Assembly (NCBI RefSeq): GCF_009914755.1
Contig: NC_060931.1
Strand: one strand, 5' to 3'
Source: the human T2T-CHM13v2.0 reference genome, Homo sapiens
Length of the DNA: 64,000 nt
In this document: in pieces, positions 39,301-64,000 of the stretch
Layout of the letters: each line of letters opens with the position of its first letter
Numbering within the stretch: the stretch's first letter is position 1
The notes under the pieces: generated by a model
The model's input: only the letters and a program-made list of their open reading frames with translations
Databases searched by the model: none
Told to the model about the DNA's origin: nothing
Made by a program: the position numbers and the translations under genes

Positions 39301-39809
39301 GAAGTCCTGCCTCCTCGGGCCTGCTGACTGCTCCTCTCCTCCTCCTCCTCCTCCTTCCCCTCTTCCTCCCCTTCCTCCTCCCTCCCTCCCTCCTGGGGCT
39401 TCCCGCCAGCTGGCCCGGGGCCAGGCCTGCCACAGCCGCTGCTGTTGCAGTTGCTGCAGCCACTGCTTAGGCTGCTGCTCCTGGGGGCCCCAAACAGACT
39501 CCCTTAACCCCACACCTGCCGGGCCCTAGCCCCACTCTTGCAGGGAGGGGCTGCAGGGGGCGGGGCTCGGGGAGAAAGGGGAGGAGCTTGCAGGGAGGCG
39601 AGGGATTCCCTTACTTGTAGTCAATTGCTGCCATTGGCCTAGAGACACACAGAAGAGACGGAAGGCACAGGCCGGGAGGTGTGCTGCATGCCCACCCAGA
39701 AGTTCCCAGTCCCTGCTGTGGGGCAGCTGTGGCTGTTACTGTCATTCTCCTTTGGTTTTCACAGCAACTGCATTATTCCCCCCATTCCTTATTTTTAAAA
39801 GTGGATTAT

Positions 39810-42790
<2,981 letters not shown>

Positions 42791-43139
42791 TGTTAAGAGT
42801 ATTTTATGTGTGGCCCAAGACAAATTCTTCTTCCAATGTGGCCCAGGGAAGTTAAAAGAGTGGACATCCCCGGACTAAAGCGTCTCTCAGAGAGGTTGCA
42901 CGATCTGCCTAAAGCCACACAGCAAGACTGCAAAGACGCTGCCATGGAAAGTAGCATTCGCAGGCTCCAGGGATCAGGCCGTGCCTATCTTTGCCGTGCC
43001 CATTTTCCAGCCCGTGGAAGGTACAACCGAGGTCTTCTCGAGCTGATTTACCCCCGCTGCAGAGCTGTGAGCCCAAGGGATTTCAGAGGGAGTTATTTCT
43101 AGGGGAGATAATGAGAAAAGAAAAGATAAATGAGAAAAG

Positions 43140-44090
43140 GGGAGGTCGAGGTCACGTCCCGTAGCGGCCCCCCGACAGTGCCAGGGTGGTGGCCGCGGTG
43201 GCCACACTCAGGTCGACCCTGGTCGTTGCGAGCGGCGCCGGGGGAGTCAAAGGTCACGAGAGGAGGACTCGGGCCACGGGGGCGGATAGCTTTGAGCCCA
43301 GACGGTGGAACGAGATCCGGGCACCCCCGGGAGGCTGCAGGGGGAGGCAGCCGATTCCCCCGCGAGCCAACTCAGGTGCTCTCCTGGCACCTGGGGGCGG
43401 TGGGGAAAGGGGGCGCGGCCGCCGGAGCACGCCCCCTGCTGGGCTGAGCCGCCGCCCGTCCCGTTCCCCACCCTCGGAGCCCCTCGGCCCGGAAAGCGGC
43501 ACCCCCTGGCGGCCCCAGCGCCTCACTGCACCCCGGGCCCCGCAGCCGCAGCCTCGGCCCCGGACCGACGCTGGGTGCGGACCCGGGGCGCGCCGGGCGT
43601 ACGGGTTGCACGGGGTGCACGGGGTACACGGTGCGGGGGCGTGGGCCCCAGGCTGCCGCTGGGGGGCGCCGCCGCACGCCGCTCCGCCGGGGCCGGGGAG
43701 ACCGAACTCAGCACCGACCGGCCGGGCAGGGGGCGAGGGGCGGCGAGGAGCGGACGCCCAAAGACCGCGACGGGCTGGCGCCGGGCCCCCAGCGCCCCAC
43801 GACCTTCCTCCGAATCTGCCCCCGCAGGCTCCGCGGCTCCCCCGCCCCGCGCCCCAGCCCCACGGCCCCGCGCCGCACGGCCGCTCCCGTTCCGTCCTTG
43901 GAGGGTGTGGAAGGGTGGGTTTGGGGCCGGGGGCGGGTCTGGGGGCGGACCCGGAGGCGGGGCTGTCTCTGCGGCAGGGCCCAGCTTCGCTCCCCCCGGT
44001 CTGTCTCTGTCTCTCCTCCTCCCTCCTCCTGCTCCGGGCGGAGCCCGGCATGGGGGGGCCGGCGCCCGGCAGGCCAGGTACGGTGATGGA
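43140..44090. promoter_or_regulatory. NYAP1: CpG island / NYAP1 promoter and non-coding exon 1 (about 44000-44077)
   Basis: Very high GC and CpG density, several GC boxes, donor CAG|GTACGG at 44077. Confidence 0.8.
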
Positions 44091-45351
44091 GAACCTGGGG
44101 AGGCTTGGTGCAGGAAGGTTGGGGTGGGGGGACAAGGGACAGGGAGGATTGGCGGAGCGAAAGGCGGAGAAGCCCAGGGTAGCAGGACAAGGGGAAGGGG
44201 AGGGGTGCCAGGAACCTGGGGCCCTTGGATGGAGAAGGGGGATGAAGCAGGCCAGGTTTGGAACAGGGGAAGGGGGAGGACGGCTGTAAGGAGGGGCGCC
44301 TGGGAGGAGAAGTGAGGCTGAAGGCGAAAAGAAGAGTGTGGGTTTGGGGGAAGGAAAACCGGAGCAGGTATGGAGGCCGCAGCCCAGAAGGTAGCAGTGG
44401 GGCCAGACTGGAGCCCCCCGGGTGGGATTGAGGGGCGGGGACTGGAAGAGGAAAACCAGGGGGCCTCCCAAATCCTGGAGGAAGAAGAAGGTGATTGGGG
44501 CCATCAGCGAGGGAGGGAGGCAGAGACTAAACCATTGCTAAAGGGCCAGGGAGCCAGAATCGGGGTGGACCAAGGCCCAGGCCCGGGGAAGGACTGGAAG
44601 TGGGGGAAGGCAGGCAGTGGAGATAGATGGATGGGTGGTATTTTAGATACCCAACTCAGGGTGTCTCCCATCCTTCCTTCAGCGTCCCCACCCTGCCCTC
44701 ATGAGATCCCCCTACAGCCCAAGATAGGGGGGAGAGTCTGACCATCTCCCCTTTTCCCAGTGGGGTGCAATGTACGCAAGTAGGCCCTGGGCATAACTCT
44801 GCCTGTAGGTGTGTCCAGTTCTGTGTAGCAGATTTGTGTGTGTCTGGAGGTCTGTGGGTGTGTCTGTGGGTGTTTATGTCTGTGTGCCTGTCTATCCCTA
44901 GGTTTCTGTTTACCTATGCCAATCTCTGCGTCTGGTCCTCTGTCTGTAGATGTGGGTCGGTGGCTCCGTGGTTTGTGTGTCTGAATGTGTACTTGTGTAG
45001 CTGAGGGGTTGCAGTCCGTTTGTGGGGCCTGTATGGGTGGTGGATCGGGATGTCTTTACACAAGAAGGGAATCTGTGTTGACCTGGTCTCTCCAGAGTGT
45101 GTATTTGGGGCTCTGAACACCTTTGTCGGGGTCTGTGTCTGTCTGTCTGTGGGTCCTCGAAGCTGTGTTGGGTTTTCTGTCTGTGTTTTCCTCTCTGAGG
45201 ACCCGAGTCATGTCTCTTCTCCGTTTTCTCTCTTTCATTCATCCCTGGCCCCCACCCATCCCACCTTTCTTTTTTTTCCGTTCTCACCCACCCCGCCCGC
45301 CAGTGGATCCGGGACCCAGGGAGGGCCGCCCCCCGGGCCTGGTGGCACTGA

Positions 45352-45456
<105 letters not shown>

Positions 45457-46528
45457 TAAGGCTGCACCCCAGACTGCTCCCTTCCCTTCCGCACCTCTGC
45501 CTGCCCCCTCACTGGGCCACAGCCCTTCTCGGGGGCCGGCAGCCTTGTCATGAGTGAGCTCTCTGATCTCAGAGTCAGTACGGAATGGCCAGGATTGCAC
45601 ACACTGTCCTGGCCCAACTCCTGCTCTCCTGTGGGGGGGTTTACAGCCTAGGAGCACCCCTTTGGTTGTTCCCCATCCCCAGAGGCCCGAGTCACTCCTT
45701 CCTGACTCACCTCTGGCCTGTAGCCCTTCTCCTTTCTGCAAATTTGGGGCTGGCTGCGGGCTCTCCTGTCACCTGACCTTGGAAGGGGCAGGCCCCGCCT
45801 CTCTCCCAGGGTCTAGGGAAGGGGTCATTTCAGGGGCATCAGAGAACATCCACTTGGCCTCCTCCCAGTTTTCCCTGCTGGGGGAGGTGAGTGGTCAAGT
45901 GATGGGGTTGTGTGTGTGGTGGGCAGACATGCAGGCTGGGCCTTGCCAAAGAGCCAGGGCAGGGGACGACCTCCAGACCCCTGCAATCCCTGTCTGCCTC
46001 CCCGCTTGCCCTTCCAGGGACCTGGGGCCTGGCCTCTCCCATCCTTCTCTCCTTCTCCTCTTCTCTCCCATTGACTTCACAGCCACTTGGAGCCTGACTC
46101 ACAGCCACCTCCCTTTTCCTTCCTCGCAACTGTGGAGTTTAATTCTTGTTGTTAATTAGATTAATCAGAGTGATCGCTGCAGCGATCTCTCCCTAATGAA
46201 GGGCTAGTAGACAGGGCCTTAATGAGTGCCCACCCCACACAGCTCTCCTCTCTTCCCTGCCAGCCGCCCCCCCAACCCTCTGCCACCCTCCACTCAGACA
46301 GAAGCTCAGGGACAGTGGAATGGAATGGGGGTGAGCCGGGGAGGCTGACAGAGAGAGAACAGCACCAGGGGAGAGGGAGGAAGAAGGATGGGCCAGGGAG
46401 GGAGGCTGCTCTGGTCCTGGAGGGGCACATCCTGCATCTGGGAGAGGAGGTGTGCCGTGGGGGCAGAGGTCACAGTGGCTGGGCAGGAGGGGTAACCAGA
46501 GGCCAGGTGTGGGCCACTGTGAGAGTGA

Positions 46529-47416
<888 letters not shown>

Positions 47417-47464
47417 TGAGATGAACCATTCAAGGGCAGGGGACACTCCCTGAAAAGTTCTTGA

Positions 47465-47791
<327 letters not shown>

Positions 47792-48190
47792 TGACAAGGC
47801 CAGGCTTGCTGGCCTCAGGTGATCCACCCACCTCGGCCTCCCAGAGTGCTGGGATTACAGGCGTGAGCCACTGTGCTTGGCCAATTAATTGACGTTTTAA
47901 AAAGACCAAGGGCTGACTAGTAGAAAAGGAACCTACAGCTGGGCATGGTGGCTGATGCCTGGAATCCTAGCACTTTAGGAGGCCGAGGCAGGAGGATCCC
48001 TTGAGCCCAGGAATTTGGGACCAGTCTGGGCAACATGGCAAGACCCATCTCTATTAAAAAATAAAAAAGAAATGAAGAAACCTCCTGGGGCTGTAAGTTG
48101 AGGAATGTGGGGAAAAGGAAGAGGCAGATATGTCCTTGCAGAAGGGTCAAGGGATCAGAATGGGCTCCTCCCACTTGCTCCCCTCATTAA

Positions 48191-49747
<1,557 letters not shown>

Positions 49748-50075
49748 TGAGGGGTGGGGAGTGGGGGCTGGCATCAGGGGTGGGGGGCAGCTGGGGATGC
49801 CTGCGATGGTTTGGGGGAGGTGTTGGAGGGGTTATTTGGAAGTCACAGCCTTGAGTCTGGGATGTTTTCTAGGAGACCAGAGAGGTGGGGGTGGGCGATA
49901 GACAGAAAGACCGGGGTCCCCCAGTGTGCGCTGGAGGGGCAGGAAGGTCTGGGAGGCGAAGGGGGTCAAATCTGGCCCTGTCCTGCTCTGCTCCCTGCCC
50001 CTCCCTTCCCGGGGCTGCAGGGGTGTGTGCTTGTGAGTGTGCGCACCAGGAACTAAACACAGCTGCCTCCCAGCT

Positions 50076-50141
50076 GTTACCATGGCAACCCATCCAGACA
50101 GGAGGGAGAGGAGAGGGAGGCCCCTACCGTTGCCTGGCAAC
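50076..50141. promoter_or_regulatory. Paired RFX X-boxes in a NYAP1 intron
   Basis: GTTACCATGGCAAC (50076-50089) and GTTGCCTGGCAAC (50129-50141). Confidence 0.65.
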
Positions 50142-50255
50142 GCAATGCTCTGCCAGGCCTCCTCTCAGAGATGAGCTTAGTTCACAGGCAGCCCTTCCCC
50201 CCAGCGCTCCCCCTTCTGGGCTCAGGAATTGGGATTCTCCCCCTACAGGTCTTGA

Positions 50256-53979
<3,724 letters not shown>

Positions 53980-54855
53980 GGCGGGCGGGGGGGTACCGGG
54001 GCGCCTGGACTGGGGAGGGGGCGGGCACGCCTGGCTCTCCCGGGAGCCTCGCCTTGAGAGACATTGAAAGACTACGTGGGAGAGTGCCAGGGAGAACCCC
54101 TGCCCTCCAACCTACCCCCCGGGATGGGGAGAGTCTGCCAGGCCCATTGGGCTTAGGATGCCAACAGCGCTGCTGAGAAACGGAGGAGGAGGAGGGTTTG
54201 CTTGAGGTTGGGGCGAGAGTCGCTCTGGCTGTTCTTCCCGCTGGGCGCTGTACACCCCTCCTCCTGAACCAAGCCAGAGGTCAGCATGGGGAAGGGAGGA
54301 AGGAAGGGATGGGAGGAAGAGGGGGGTGGGTGAGCTGAAAGAGAGGGACTAGAGTGCCAGATGGAGGAGCTCTTTTCTAGAGAGCCGGGAGTTGGGGAGG
54401 GGGTATTTATTTTGTTATTTATTTCAGTCTGGAGGGCGATTCTGGGCCTTTCTGACCTACTCCTGAGCTAGGAGTGGAGAATCAGGGCCAAGTTTGCACT
54501 CTCCCCAATGCCAATGCCTAAAGGCCCCGCCGTCCATGCCACCCCACAGCCAAGGAGGGGTCTGCATGGGGAGTGGACCGAGAGAAGAAGGGGCCCAGGG
54601 AAGCAGAGGGCCCAAGACCATTCACAGTATTTACAATTTGCCAGAATTTGGTAGTCAGTGTGGCCTGCTCTGAATCAGGCATCTTATTTAGTTCTGGGGT
54701 GAGGGTCTAGTGCCAGGGATGGGCAGGATGATGGGGGAGGAGGAGGGAAATTTTAGCGGGTGGGGGGGGTGGGCAGGGTATTTATTTAAATTAAAAAACA
54801 AAACAGAAGAGATGTCAGGAACTTTTTTTTAATTCCTTTCTTTTCAGAATAATAT

Positions 54856-54861
54856 ATTAAA
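54856..54861 (+). terminator. NYAP1: NYAP1 polyadenylation signal ATTAAA (second copy at 54790-54795)
   Basis: ATTAAA followed by T/GT-rich downstream sequence, about 880 nt after the stop. Confidence 0.65.
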
Positions 54862-55139
54862 AGACTCATGATCCTAAAGCTGGCTTCTTCTATTTCACAG
54901 CGTGCTCTGCTATTCTTACACTTGCTCCTTTTCCCATCTTGCCCCTGGTTGGTGGGAGTTGAAGGTTGTGCGGGGAGGGGTGAGTAGCTGTGGCCAAGTC
55001 ACAGGGCGAGGTGGAGTTCCAGGTAAGTCTTTGGGAATGCACTGGGCCATGACTCCATTAGCATTTTTTTTGTGCACAGAATGTGTTCTTGGCATTGCAC
55101 TGATGCAGAAGGAATATTTGGGCATGAAGCTTGCCTTCA

Positions 55140-63701
<8,562 letters not shown>

Positions 63702-64000
63702 TCAGAGTAATGAGGGGGAAACCTGAAAAGATTAGAACTAGAGGGGAAATTTTAAAGATGCGCACTATTTATTTCACTGCCCATGTAGATCTGAAGTTAT
63801 TTTGCTCGCTAGTAACATCAAATGTAGCCTTGTATTTGGGTCGTAAAGCTGTCATGGTTGGTCTACTTACAGATATGAAAATCTAAAAAAATGGAGAACA
63901 CTTCCCCCCATTTAGATTGGTGGCTAGGTGAAGCAAAAAGGCTTACAGTGGCTGGGTGCCGTGGCTCATGCCTATAGTGCCAGCACTTTAGGGTGTTGAG

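Noticed and set aside
38384-39513. ORFs of 176-306 aa over the TSC22D4 promoter and exon 1
   Set aside because: GC-rich and microsatellite-driven frames that cross splice sites, mostly with non-ATG starts
43186-44504. Long ORFs (367, 416 and 336 aa) on both strands
   Set aside because: Stop-poor CpG island with Pro/Gly/Arg/Ala low-complexity translations and no domain; explained as the NYAP1 promoter

Overview
Primate (almost certainly human) genomic DNA, very rich in Alus. The gene order SPACDR/C7orf61 (-), TSC22D4 (-), NYAP1 (+) matches what I recall for chr7q22.1. Splicing by hand gave complete, phase-consistent CDSs for all three genes: SPACDR 206 aa (3 exons), TSC22D4 395 aa (4 coding exons) and NYAP1 841 aa (6 coding exons). 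The main unexplained signal lies in the apparently intergenic first 16.5 kb. There, islands of unique sequence between Alus carry minus-strand splice sites and, in the expected order, decayed protein-kinase motifs: Gly-loop, AxK, alphaC-Glu, hinge, alphaE, WxPPE and D(IX). This suggests an unannotated multi-exon kinase or pseudokinase gene that has become a unitary pseudogene. Other observations include: an internal TSC22D4 promoter/first exon with a perfect RFX X-box, predicting a 168-aa short isoform; phase-compatible TSC22D4-SPACDR read-through fusions; uORFs overlapping the start codons of TSC22D4 and NYAP1; a NAGNAG acceptor and paired X-boxes in NYAP1; and several small local duplications. 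No database searches were run. Family assignments come from reading motifs by eye.
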